From positions 113,177 through 177,176 of the forward strand of contig CALXOH010000006.1 of the NCBI GenBank assembly GCA_944389975.1: a stretch of 64,000 nucleotides of DNA. Direction: 5' to 3'. A model generated the notes under the pieces. It saw nothing but the letters and a program-made list of their open reading frames with translations. It was not told where the DNA came from and made no database searches. This document shows, piece after piece, positions 1 through 9,194 of the stretch (the stretch's first letter is position 1; every line of letters begins with the position of its first letter). The translations under genes and the position numbers were made by a program. This DNA comes from an uncultured Spirochaetaceae bacterium. Lineage in GTDB: Bacteria > Spirochaetota > Spirochaetia > Sphaerochaetales > Sphaerochaetaceae.

Positions 1-675
1 CCGCTTTCTCCGAAAGTGTTCAAGCAGTACCAGCAGCTCGGACTGGATTTTCTCCAGGGCTACGGCCTGACGGAGACAAGCCCGATACTTACCCTCAACC
101 CACGCGAGCACTTCAAGATCGACTCGGTTGGAAAGGTTTTGCCGTTGATCGACATGATCATTGCAGATAAAGACAGCGAAGGAAACGGCGAAATCAGGGT
201 CAAGGGCCCGAATATCTGTCTTGGGTACTACAACGACGAAGAGCACACGAAAGAGCTTTTTGACGAGAACGGATACCTCAGGACCGGTGACCTCGGATAT
301 CTTGACAGCGAGAACTACTGCTACCTCCGCGGAAGGGCGAAGAACATCATCGTCACAGAGGGTGGTAAGAACGTATTCCCGGAAGAGATCGAAGACATGT
401 TCCAGACATATCCCCAGATCGAGCAGATAATGATCCGAGGCTTCCAGGAGAAAAAGGACGTGCCGTGCGAAGCAATCGAGGCCGTGATATTCCCCTCCCC
501 CGACTTCTACAAGGGAAAGAGCCAGGAGGATGCGGAGAAAGAGATTACGGCGTTGGTGCATGAAGTCAACAAATCCCTCGTAGGATACAAGAAGATCGAG
601 AAGATCACATTTGTCAAGGAAGCGATGGAGATGACGACAACGAAGAAGATCAAGAGGGCTACCGTAGCCAGATAA
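1..675 (+). CDS. AMP-dependent acyl-CoA synthetase/ligase, C-terminal part (5' end lies outside the window)
   Basis: The frame is open from nt 1 (track ORF 16..675 is its GTG-anchored tail). It carries the GYGLTETSP, TGDLG and GRAKNIIVTEGGKNV motifs of ANL adenylating enzymes. It is an obvious paralogue of the next gene. Confidence 0.85.
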   Translation, partial: PLSPKVFKQYQQLGLDFLQGYGLTETSPILTLNPREHFKIDSVGKVLPLIDMIIADKDSEGNGEIRVKGPNICLGYYNDEEHTKELFDENGYLRTGDLGYLDSENYCYLRGRAKNIIVTEGGKNVFPEEIEDMFQTYPQIEQIMIRGFQEKKDVPCEAIEAVIFPSPDFYKGKSQEDAEKEITALVHEVNKSLVGYKKIEKITFVKEAMEMTTTKKIKRATVAR

Positions 676-693
676 ATTTGCCGGAGGAGGCTA

Positions 694-733
694 CCCCGCT
701 TGGGAAAAGGGAATACTCAAGCGGGGTTTTTCT
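694..733 (+). terminator. Rho-independent terminator after the first acyl-CoA ligase gene
   Basis: A 9-bp stem (CCCCGCTTG at 694-702 with CAAGCGGGG at 718-726) is followed by TTTTTCTTT. Confidence 0.7.
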
Positions 734-782
734 TTATTTTATTTGACCAAGAGCTTATATTTCCCGATAATCGAGATTTGTT

Positions 783-2510
783 ATGGCAAGAGAGACCTGG
801 AGAGAGATAGATGAATTCCGCCCGTGCCTTGTGAAGGGAGAGTGGCCGACGATACCGGAACTTTTTCTGATGGCCAAGGAGAGGAACGGGGAAGGGATCG
901 CGATATCCCAACTTGGAAGCGACGGGAAGAAAAGAGGATACAGCTACGATGAAGTGCTGGATCAGATCGAGAAGATTTCGACGTACCTGCACAAACGGGG
1001 AATAAGCAAGGGCGACAAGGTTGCAGTCAACGGCAAGAACAGCCCCGAATGGGTGCTTTCGTACCTTGCGATAGTTTTCCTCGGAGCTGTTGCCGTTCCC
1101 ATCGACAACCTGATGAAAGTCGAAAGGATGAGTGCACTGGCGAAGTTTGCAGACGTAAAGTTCGTATTTGCTGACGATGACGTGTTGGAAAAACTCGAAA
1201 CGCGTACTGAGGATTGGTATAAAACACTATCCGGCGCAATCTCCCTAACCGAGTGCAATGGGAAATACCCGTACATCTGGAATATAGCTGAGGGGAAGGA
1301 CCTGGAAGTACCTGTAGATATAAATGAGAACGACACAGCTGCAATACTATTTACAAGCGGCACTACAGGCAACGAGAAGGGAGTTGTACTCACCCATCGG
1401 AACTTCACGTCGAATGCCTACCAGATAACATCGAAGATGGATTACCTGGAGAACAAGAGGGAAGTATTCTATGCAGTTCTTCCGATACATCATTGCTATT
1501 GCTTCACTGCAGTCTTCCTATGCTCTTTGGCATTTGCATCCGAAACACTCTTCGGACGCGGCATGATAATGTCGAGGATGGTCGAGGACCTCAAAGTCGG
1601 GAAAGCGACGGTATTCATGGGAATCCCGCTGCTATACAACAAGATAATCGCAGGGATTTTGAAGAAGATGAAAGCGCAAGGCAGGGTGAAATACACACTC
1701 GTGCGCATCGCGATGATATACAACGGAGTGATGAAGGAGCTTTTCAACAAAGCTCCCCTACGCCCGTTCTTCGACAAGAAAGTGCTGTCGAACCTCGGAC
1801 TTGACGAACTAAGGGTAATGATATGCGGGGCAGGCCCCCTGTCGTCAAAAGTCTTCAGGAACTACCAGCAGCTTGGAGTGAACTTCCTCCAAGGCTACGG
1901 ACTTACTGAGACAAGCCCGGTGTTATGCTTCAATCCAGCAGATCACTTCAAAGTGAAATCAGTCGGACAGGTATTGCCATTCATCGATATGATAATAGCC
2001 GACAAAGGATCAGACGGGGTCGGAGAGATCCGCGTCAAAGGGCCGAACGTCACTTCAGGCTACTACCACGACGAGAAGAACACGAAGCTTCTTTTCGATG
2101 AGAACGGGTATCTCAAGACGGGGGATCTTGGAAAACTCGACAGGGAAAACTATTGCTACCTGATGGGGAGAGCGAAGAACATCATCGTCACAGAGGGTGG
2201 AAAGAACGTATACCCTGAGGAGATCGAGGAGCATTTCCAGCTCTACGATGAGATAGACCAGATCCTCATCCGTGGTTACATCGAGAAAAAGGACGTGCCT
2301 AGCGAAGCGATCGAAGTACTCATCTACCCCTCTGAAAGCTATATGAAAGAGCACGGCTTGGATAAGGCGGGGATGGAGGAGAAGATCCACGCTGACGTAA
2401 GGGAAGTGAACAAGAACCTCGAGACTTACAAGAAGATTTCAAAGATAACGATCCTTGACAAGCCGATGGCGATGACGACGACAAAGAAGATCAAGAGGGA
2501 GAGCATCTGA
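783..2510 (+). CDS. Long-chain-type AMP-dependent acyl-CoA synthetase/ligase (FadD-like)
   Basis: 575 aa with the AMP-binding motif FTSGTTGNEKGVVLTHRN plus GYGLTETSP, TGDLG and GRAKNIIVTEGGKNVYPEEIE. Confidence 0.9.
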   Translation: MARETWREIDEFRPCLVKGEWPTIPELFLMAKERNGEGIAISQLGSDGKKRGYSYDEVLDQIEKISTYLHKRGISKGDKVAVNGKNSPEWVLSYLAIVFLGAVAVPIDNLMKVERMSALAKFADVKFVFADDDVLEKLETRTEDWYKTLSGAISLTECNGKYPYIWNIAEGKDLEVPVDINENDTAAILFTSGTTGNEKGVVLTHRNFTSNAYQITSKMDYLENKREVFYAVLPIHHCYCFTAVFLCSLAFASETLFGRGMIMSRMVEDLKVGKATVFMGIPLLYNKIIAGILKKMKAQGRVKYTLVRIAMIYNGVMKELFNKAPLRPFFDKKVLSNLGLDELRVMICGAGPLSSKVFRNYQQLGVNFLQGYGLTETSPVLCFNPADHFKVKSVGQVLPFIDMIIADKGSDGVGEIRVKGPNVTSGYYHDEKNTKLLFDENGYLKTGDLGKLDRENYCYLMGRAKNIIVTEGGKNVYPEEIEEHFQLYDEIDQILIRGYIEKKDVPSEAIEVLIYPSESYMKEHGLDKAGMEEKIHADVREVNKNLETYKKISKITILDKPMAMTTTKKIKRESI

Positions 2511-2553
2511 CTCTTCACTTTTCATACCCTCTCGATAGTCATACAATCGATGT

Positions 2554-3834
2554 ATGACTATCTTGATTGAAAATGCACTCATAATCCCGATGACGGGGAA
2601 AGGAAGAGAGAAGAAAGGTTCGATACTGATCGAGGATGGAAAGATAAAGGAAATCGGAAAGATCGGATGTGTGAAGTGCGATAGGAGAATAGACGCGGAA
2701 CGCATGATCGCACTTCCGGGACTCGTGAATGCACACACGCACCTTTCGATGGGGCTGATGAGGAATTACAAGGACTCAAGCCCCAACCTCCAGGAGTGGC
2801 TTTCCGAGATTTTCCCGATTGAAGACAAACTCAACGGAAACGACATATACCAGGCATCGAGGCTTGGAATTGTGGAACTGATCAAATCGGGTTGCACGTG
2901 CTTTGAAGACATGTACTTCCAAAGCGAGAACACAGCGCGCGCAGTAAAGGAAGCGGGGATTCGGGGAGTATTGGGTCTCACTCTCTTCGGAGACGGAAAG
3001 GAGACGGAAAGAAGGTTTTCAGAATTGCTTCCGAAAGTGTTGGAGGAAGCAGGATCGTGTGGGAAGATCAGAGTGGATATAGCACCCCATGCAATCTATA
3101 CGTGCACAGCCGATACATACCGGCTTGCACGAGAAAAAGCGGACCAGATGCATACGCTTTTGAACACACACATCTCTGAAACGAAAAAGGAAGTCGAGGA
3201 TTCACTGAAGGAATTCGGAAAGACTCCCCTTTCTTACCTCGATTCCCTCGGAGTACTCTCAGGCCCTACCCTCCTGGCCCATGGAGTTCATCTGACTGAT
3301 GAAGAGCTGGAGGTTGCAAGAGAAAAGAAAGCATCCGTCGTACACAACCCTTCAAGCAATGCAAAGCTGGCTTCAGGCACCCTCGATGTACCGAGACTGA
3401 TCGAAAAGGGTGTGAACGTTTCACTCGGCACTGACGGCGCATCCTCCAACAACAACCTGGATATGATGGAGGAGATGCACGTCACCGCCCTCATCCAGAC
3501 AAGCCACAACCTCACCCCGATGAAGCTCACGCCATACGAGATACTTGAGATGGCTACGGCAAAGGGTGCGAAAGCGCTGATGCTTGATGAGAAGATCGGA
3601 ACGCTTGAAGAAGGAAAGGATGCTGATTTGATACTCATCCGCACGGACAGGGCGAATATGACGCCGCTCAACGACCCTTACAGCGCACTGGTTTATAGTG
3701 CATCGAGTGAAGACGTCGACACAGTCATCTCTGGCGGGCAAGTGCTGATGGAAAATAGAGAACTTACGACGCTCGATGAAGAAGAGATAACGAGAAAAGT
3801 CAACGAAGCCTGGAGTGACATACTCAAGCGTTGA
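2554..3834 (+). CDS. mtaD: Amidohydrolase of the 5-methylthioadenosine/S-adenosylhomocysteine deaminase type
   Basis: 426 aa with LPGLVNAHTHLSM (HxH metal site), HISETKKEVE, HGVHLTDEE and GTDGASSNNNLDMMEEM, typical of the MtaD/TRZ-ATZ amidohydrolase family. Confidence 0.75.
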   Translation: MTILIENALIIPMTGKGREKKGSILIEDGKIKEIGKIGCVKCDRRIDAERMIALPGLVNAHTHLSMGLMRNYKDSSPNLQEWLSEIFPIEDKLNGNDIYQASRLGIVELIKSGCTCFEDMYFQSENTARAVKEAGIRGVLGLTLFGDGKETERRFSELLPKVLEEAGSCGKIRVDIAPHAIYTCTADTYRLAREKADQMHTLLNTHISETKKEVEDSLKEFGKTPLSYLDSLGVLSGPTLLAHGVHLTDEELEVAREKKASVVHNPSSNAKLASGTLDVPRLIEKGVNVSLGTDGASSNNNLDMMEEMHVTALIQTSHNLTPMKLTPYEILEMATAKGAKALMLDEKIGTLEEGKDADLILIRTDRANMTPLNDPYSALVYSASSEDVDTVISGGQVLMENRELTTLDEEEITRKVNEAWSDILKR

Positions 3835-3954
3835 GCATCCGCAAGTGGAATGTCATGATTATATCCTTCCAGTACTTCAAAAGTCTGGAAGGAGTCGGCC
3901 AAAATCGTCTTTCAGAAACTTAGGAAAGTACTAGACAAAACAAGGAATTGACAG

Positions 3955-5528
3955 ATGATCGAACCAGATAAAAGGGAATTCAAACAATCATGGAGAGATG
4001 AATATCTTGAACACATCTGCGGAATGGCAAATGCTGACGGCGGTTCACTCTTCATCGGCTTGGATGATAACGGCTCTCCTGTCGGAATCGAGGAAAAAGA
4101 TCTTAGGAAACTCCTTGAAGACATCCCTAACAAGATAGTTGATGGCCTTCATCTATATAATGTCAAAGTCAGGCCACTTTCTTCGGAAGAAGGGAAGTTC
4201 TATATCGAAATCGTTGTTCCAAAGTGCAATGAGACTGTCAGCCTCAAAGGGAAGTCATACATCCGTATCGGTACGACGACCAGGGTCATGGGCTTTGCTT
4301 CATACCGCGAAGCATTGATGGAAAGAGGAAGTCTCACTTGGGACTCATTTACTGTCGATGACGTATCGATAGATGATCTGGATGAAGACAGCTTCAGGAT
4401 TTTCAGGAGAAAGTCTTCGAAAAAAAAACATCAACACCTGTTACGGAATATGATAGAAAGAGAATTCTTGAGGAACTCAAACTGATACGCAGTGGCAGAC
4501 TGACAAGAGCTGCCATACTTCTATTTCATCGAAAACCAGATGATATAATCCCCGGAGCATTTGTAAGAATCGGTAAAATGGAATCCAAGGAAGATCTATC
4601 CAGTAAATTCGAATTGCATGGCTCTTTAATGAGACTAAGTCAAGATATATTTGAAGTTATGGATACGAGATATCTCTCAGCCCTCATTTCCTATAACGGG
4701 ACTGACAGGATTGAAACATATCCCTACCCAGAACTTGCACTGAGGGAAGCAATATACAATTCCCTTATGCATTCAGATTGGTCTGTAGGAGAACCTATTC
4801 TGATCAGGGTGTTCAATACTTCCTTGGACATATCCAACAGAGCTGTACTCCCGCCAGAATGGAGCATTGACGATCATAGATCTTTCCAACTGAATCCATT
4901 GATTTCGGAAACTTTTGAAAAAGCTGGGTTCGTAGAAAAATTCGGTACCGGTATTTCCAAGATTGTTTCAGCTTGCAAGGAAAACGGAAACAAGATCCCT
5001 TCGTTTGAAGTCACATCAGGCGGAAAAGAGATGACAGTCGAGTTCTCGGCTTCAAAGCTGTATATTGCAATCGAGGAATACAGGGACAACCTTGAGCGTA
5101 AAGGAAGTTTCATCGATTACCGGAACGTAGTGGAATTGATGAATTCAGGCAAACTTCATGACCCCGATTATGACCCTAATGACCCCGATTATGACCCTAA
5201 TCTTGCCCCTGATTCAATGCCAAAAAATGTAACTTTACCAAAATCAAAAAATATCCCGAAGCATCCCACAGCAACTTTAGTATGGGATAATAAGCTTCCT
5301 CCTGATGATGAAAAAGCTTTGATTTGGAACGATACACAAAGAAAAATATATGAACTTATTAAAGATAACCCCAAATTTTCATATTCACAGATTGCGGCAA
5401 TACTGAAACTCTCCAAGAAGACAGTCTCAAGAAACATTGCAAATCTTAGAAAAAAAGGCTTGATTCGATTTGAAGGCAATCCCCGCAATGGAAAGTGGAA
5501 AGTACTTAAGGAATACCCAAATGAGTGA
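3955..5528 (+). pseudogene. AlbA_2 (Schlafen-like) / HATPase_c_4 / C-terminal wHTH putative regulator, split by a frameshift in an A9 run
   Basis: Track ORFs 3955..4485 and 4578..5528 are two halves of one gene. The N-terminal half has an AlbA_2-like EFKQSW...ICGMANADGGSLFIGLDDNG. The frame of the second ORF is open upstream to the A9 run at 4420-4428 (EKKTSTPVTEYDRKRILEELKLIRSGRLTRAAILLFHRKP...). The C-terminus has an HTH (SYSQIAAILKLSKKTVSRNIANLRKKGLI). Confidence 0.75.
5160..5201 (+). repeat. Perfect 21-bp tandem duplication (GACCCCGATTATGACCCTAAT x2) encoding DPDYDPN-DPDYDPN
   Basis: Read directly from the sequence. It lies in the linker between the HATPase-like domain and the HTH of the regulator gene. 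Confidence 0.95.
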
Positions 5529-5603
5529 GAAACATCAATTGTCAATAATCGATGCATACGACAGGAATAATGAAGTCAAAGTATTTTCTATGAATATACG
5601 AAG

Positions 5604-6017
5604 ATGCTTCTCTCCATCGATCCCTCTTTCTCAATCTACTTGGACTTGCAGCATTATGAAGATGAAGCAGCAAACCCTGCGGTAAAGTACTCACTTCCAT
5701 ATGGAAGGCTATATATAGCGCTCAGTGATGGAAGGGTTGTAGGTTGCATTGCACTACGCCCGCTTGATGAGGGAAAGTGTGAGCTTAAACGCCTTTACGT
5801 CAGGCCTGGATTCAGAGGCAAAGGCATTGCTAGAAAACTATGTGAGAAGATAATTCAGGAAGCCCGTGCAATCGGATATAGAGAGATCTATCTCGATACG
5901 TTGCCCGAACTCAAAGATGCGATAATCCTATATGAGAAGTTCGGATTTGAGAAAACAGAGTGCTACAACGACAGCCCTATCGAGAAGACGATCTTCATGA
6001 AGAAAATACTGAATTGA
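5604..6017 (+). CDS. GNAT family N-acetyltransferase (N-terminal ~28 aa appear to lie in another frame)
   Basis: It carries the acetyl-CoA motif LKRLYVRPGFRGKGIARKL and a LYEKFGF tail. The expected N-terminus (MSEKHQLSIIDAYDRNNEVKV, ATG 5521) is in frame +1 and joins at the T4 run at 5584-5587. Confidence 0.75.
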   Translation: MLLSIDPSFSIYLDLQHYEDEAANPAVKYSLPYGRLYIALSDGRVVGCIALRPLDEGKCELKRLYVRPGFRGKGIARKLCEKIIQEARAIGYREIYLDTLPELKDAIILYEKFGFEKTECYNDSPIEKTIFMKKILN

Positions 6018-6104
6018 ACTGAAAAACGAATCAAAAGCAATCTGGAAAACACTTAGACTGTAGATATTGGACACAAAACAACGGTTTCATCATTTATCCT
6101 TTTC

Positions 6105-6352
6105 CTACTTCTCTTCCATGGCAATCCAAAATGCACCGCCTTCAAACGGAATGGGTTTTGGATTTGCATATCGATGCAGTACTCCGAAGGCTATGTATCT
6201 TTCTTTTTTTTTCGTATGATGATGCTTCCATCGGCTCGACTTGAGATCTCTACCTTTTCGTCGTCAGTTATTCCAGTTGCATCCACTACCCCGGAAGGAA
6301 CCTTTACTCAGAAGGAATTCCCCTCTTTGAGACTGTTGCAACCATTTTTCAT
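6105..6352 (-). pseudogene. Decayed MazE/AbrB (SpoVT_AbrB)-like antitoxin relic
   Basis: My own minus-strand translation gives MKNGCNSLKEGNSF*VKVPSGVVDATGITDDEKVEISSRADGSIIIRKKK. The GNS..V.VP and DG.III pattern matches MazE/AbrB swapped-hairpin antitoxins. There is an in-frame TGA at 6308-6310. A likely second frameshift sits at the A9 run (6204-6212), after which another frame reads ERYIAFGVLHRYANPKPIPFEGGAFWIAMEEK*. No toxin gene follows. Confidence 0.4.
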
Positions 6353-6489
6353 TTAACTCCGCTAAATATACATATTGATTCATATTGGATATTCCTCGAG
6401 TCTCACTCGATGAGATAATAATCACCAATCATGTCAGGAAGAAACCACAACAAGTCATGTATATTGCAAATGCATGCTATAGAATACCC

Positions 6490-7623
6490 ATGATGCGAAA
6501 CATTGATAGATACAGAGGTTGTTTGATCGGCGGTGCCGTAGGCGATGCATTGGGTTATCCAATCGAATTCTTACGCTATAATGAGATAATCAAACGATAC
6601 GGAAAAAACGGACTTTCCGAATACGTTCTCGATAACGGAATTGCCCGGATATCAGACGACACACAGATGACGCTGTTCACAGCCACGGGATTGCTTCTGG
6701 GTGCAGAGAGAGCAAGGATCAGGGGAATATCCGGGTCGCCTTCGAGCTATGTACGATACAGCTACAAAGATTGGTATCGGACGCAGACTGAAAATTTTCC
6801 ATTGAAGGAGCTCCGTTACTCGTGGCTTTCAGAGAAAGAAGAGATGTTTTCAAGAAGAGCTCCTGGAAACACATGCCTGTCAGCACTTGCATCGGGGAAA
6901 GAGGGCACGATTGAAAACCCGATCAACGACAGCAAGGGATGCGGAGGCGTTATGCGAGTCTCCCCTGTAGCTCTATTCTTCGGGGAGAATGATAATATCC
7001 ATGATTTTCATTTGGATGAGATCGATCATATTGCTGCAGAAGTTGCCGCCATCACACATGGACACCCATTGGGATACATTCCGGGGGCCGCACTTGTGCA
7101 TATAATCACTCTTCTTTTGAGAAACGCTACTTTGAGCTACGCAGTAAGCGATATGCTCTATTCGATCAGAAAGCAATTCGCTGATCCAAAGCATAATGCA
7201 TACGCGGATGAGTTTTCGAAGATAATCATGAAAGCAATCGTCCTTGCAAAAGAGAAAAAGCTGGAGGATATCGATGCGATAAGAACACTCGGGGGAGGTT
7301 GGGTTGGCGAAGAAGCGCTGGCAATAGCACTATATTCCGTCTTAAGGTATCCTGATGACTTTGAGAAGGCACTGACAGTTGCAACAAACCACGATGGGGA
7401 CAGTGACTCAACCGGAGCGATTGCAGGGAACATCCTCGGAACATACCTGGGATTGTCAGGAATACCCGGGAAATACCTGGAAAACCTTGAATTGAAAGAT
7501 CTCATCATCGAGATTGCAGACGATCTCTTCAAAGGCGGAGAGAGAAATACGAACTATGAAGAAGATCAGGACTGGCTTATGAAATATTGGCATTGCAGAA
7601 GGCCCGGAACTGAAGAATGGTAA
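6490..7623 (+). CDS. ADP-ribosylglycohydrolase family protein
   Basis: It has the family hallmarks RYRGCLIGGAVGDALGYPIEF and, near the C-terminus, NHDGDSDSTGAIAGNILG. The track ORF starts at 6385, but the domain begins right after the ATG at 6490. Confidence 0.85.
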   Translation: MMRNIDRYRGCLIGGAVGDALGYPIEFLRYNEIIKRYGKNGLSEYVLDNGIARISDDTQMTLFTATGLLLGAERARIRGISGSPSSYVRYSYKDWYRTQTENFPLKELRYSWLSEKEEMFSRRAPGNTCLSALASGKEGTIENPINDSKGCGGVMRVSPVALFFGENDNIHDFHLDEIDHIAAEVAAITHGHPLGYIPGAALVHIITLLLRNATLSYAVSDMLYSIRKQFADPKHNAYADEFSKIIMKAIVLAKEKKLEDIDAIRTLGGGWVGEEALAIALYSVLRYPDDFEKALTVATNHDGDSDSTGAIAGNILGTYLGLSGIPGKYLENLELKDLIIEIADDLFKGGERNTNYEEDQDWLMKYWHCRRPGTEEW

Positions 7624-7727
7624 AGTAAGGGAACTTAATATCACCATTCCCATGAATCAATTCAAATTACATCCAGAGGGCTTATCTCCTCTCGTCCATA
7701 ATACGCTTATCTGATCCTGATTAATCA

Positions 7728-7755
7728 CTAATTCGGCAGACGTCTGCCGAATTAG
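7728..7755. terminator. Perfect 28-bp palindrome between convergent genes (probable bidirectional hairpin terminator)
   Basis: CTAATTCGGCAGAC|GTCTGCCGAATTAG: every position pairs. It lies between the ARH stop (7623) and the nuclease stop (7791). No clear U-run follows. Confidence 0.45.
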
Positions 7756-7790
7756 GAGGAACGCTGGGGAAGGAAGAACAAGATGAAAGT

Positions 7791-8960
7791 TCATTTCCTG
7801 TACAGCTTTAAATTATCCAGGATTTTGTTGTAGAGGATGGAAGCGGCAACCTTTGCAGATTCGGTTGCTTCTTTCAAAGAGTCAGCCCCTTCCCAAAACT
7901 TACTGCCCGAGAAATCAGCAAGCATGAAACCAATCCTCCGCTTGATGCAATCCCAGTTGCAATCGAATTCGTATCCCACGCCGTAGCAAACGGATGGATC
8001 TTTTGCCAGGCAAACTACACCTAGATGAGTATGCGGGTCAAGGTTCTTAAAACACTCTTTTCTATACTCCTCGAAATCCTTTATGAGTATTTGCTGACTT
8101 ATCGAGAACCTGATCTTGTCAGCCAGATTGGAAGTATCGGGATTTCCCGCAAGCTTTGCCTTCAGCTCCTCTCCGATCTCTTTCAGCATATTAAGTTTCC
8201 TGCATACGTTTGATGCAATGGACAACACATCGCATTCATCCTTGCTTAAGGAAAGCAATGTATCTTGAATCTCCTTCACTGAGTTGAATTTCACGTTCTC
8301 GTAGACCATTTGAATGACTGCTCCTTTGTATTGCTCTACAGCTGACCAAACGTAATCTTTGCTTTGATCCTTATTCATCTTCTCCCATTCATCCAACCAT
8401 CCGATGATGTCATCTTTATATGAAAGGGATATCAATCTGCCTTCATCGATCACTTTCTCCACTATAGGGTCTCCTTCCATTCCATTTCCATATAGTGATT
8501 TCCCCGAGGGTTGCGTACCCCGAAGGGTGAGGTAGAAGTAGTAGACGATAAAACCTTTGGATTCCCAATGGTTCATGTACTTTCCAAGCTGGCCGTCGCC
8601 ATCCCCTGCAAGAATTTTGTTCTCAATTACAATTCGATGGTCTCCGTACATTACAACGATGTCAGTCCTACCTTTCTCATTGCCTTTGCCTGTTGCATAG
8701 TCCTCTCTGATCGCCCGTACCGGGAAATCATCAGCACATGGTTTCATGTCATTCATGTATCTTCCAATCCACTTAAGAAATGCCCTGCCTACGGATTTTT
8801 GATTTATCAATGATGCAATGACATCGCTATTCTTGTTCTCGTCGTGCAATACATTCAAAACATCAAGCAGGTTGATTTCAGGAAAAGGGTACTTGATACT
8901 TTCAGCATCAATTGAAGCATGGACACCATGTATCAGTTCAGTTATCTTCGACGTTTCCAT
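7791..8960 (-). CDS. PD-(D/E)XK nuclease superfamily protein (PDDEXK_4-like)
   Basis: 389 aa. GRTDIVVMYGDHRIVIENKILAGDGDGQLGKY matches the D...(D/E)xK core and the following Q-L-x-R/K-Y signature of this family. Confidence 0.7.
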   Translation of the reverse strand: METSKITELIHGVHASIDAESIKYPFPEINLLDVLNVLHDENKNSDVIASLINQKSVGRAFLKWIGRYMNDMKPCADDFPVRAIREDYATGKGNEKGRTDIVVMYGDHRIVIENKILAGDGDGQLGKYMNHWESKGFIVYYFYLTLRGTQPSGKSLYGNGMEGDPIVEKVIDEGRLISLSYKDDIIGWLDEWEKMNKDQSKDYVWSAVEQYKGAVIQMVYENVKFNSVKEIQDTLLSLSKDECDVLSIASNVCRKLNMLKEIGEELKAKLAGNPDTSNLADKIRFSISQQILIKDFEEYRKECFKNLDPHTHLGVVCLAKDPSVCYGVGYEFDCNWDCIKRRIGFMLADFSGSKFWEGADSLKEATESAKVAASILYNKILDNLKLYRK

Positions 8961-9194
8961 AAGAAAATATTATACGCGTTATGCGCTCGGAGAAACGTGA
9001 ACACATCTGAAAGCCAGCCTTCATCTCACATCCTCCAATATGTGACAAAGCAAGCTTCGGGAGCGATGAAATATTCTGAGCGGTTTTCTACATTGAGATA
9101 TTACAAGCTCGTAAGCTACTATATCATAACCTACTAGTTTACGATATTGCAGATTAGGATTAATGCATGTATGCTTTATTAAAGGAAGAAGGAT

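Noticed and set aside
6308-6310. TGA recoding (alternative genetic code or selenocysteine) in the MazE-like frame
   Set aside because: Many well-supported genes in the window terminate with TGA, for example the second acyl-CoA ligase, the RloB-like gene and trkH. I saw no SECIS-like hairpin. A plain nonsense mutation in a relic is the simpler reading.
6174-6356. 60-aa plus-strand track ORF
   Set aside because: It is antisense to the MazE/AbrB-like relic, has no RBS, and its sequence is hydrophobic junk.
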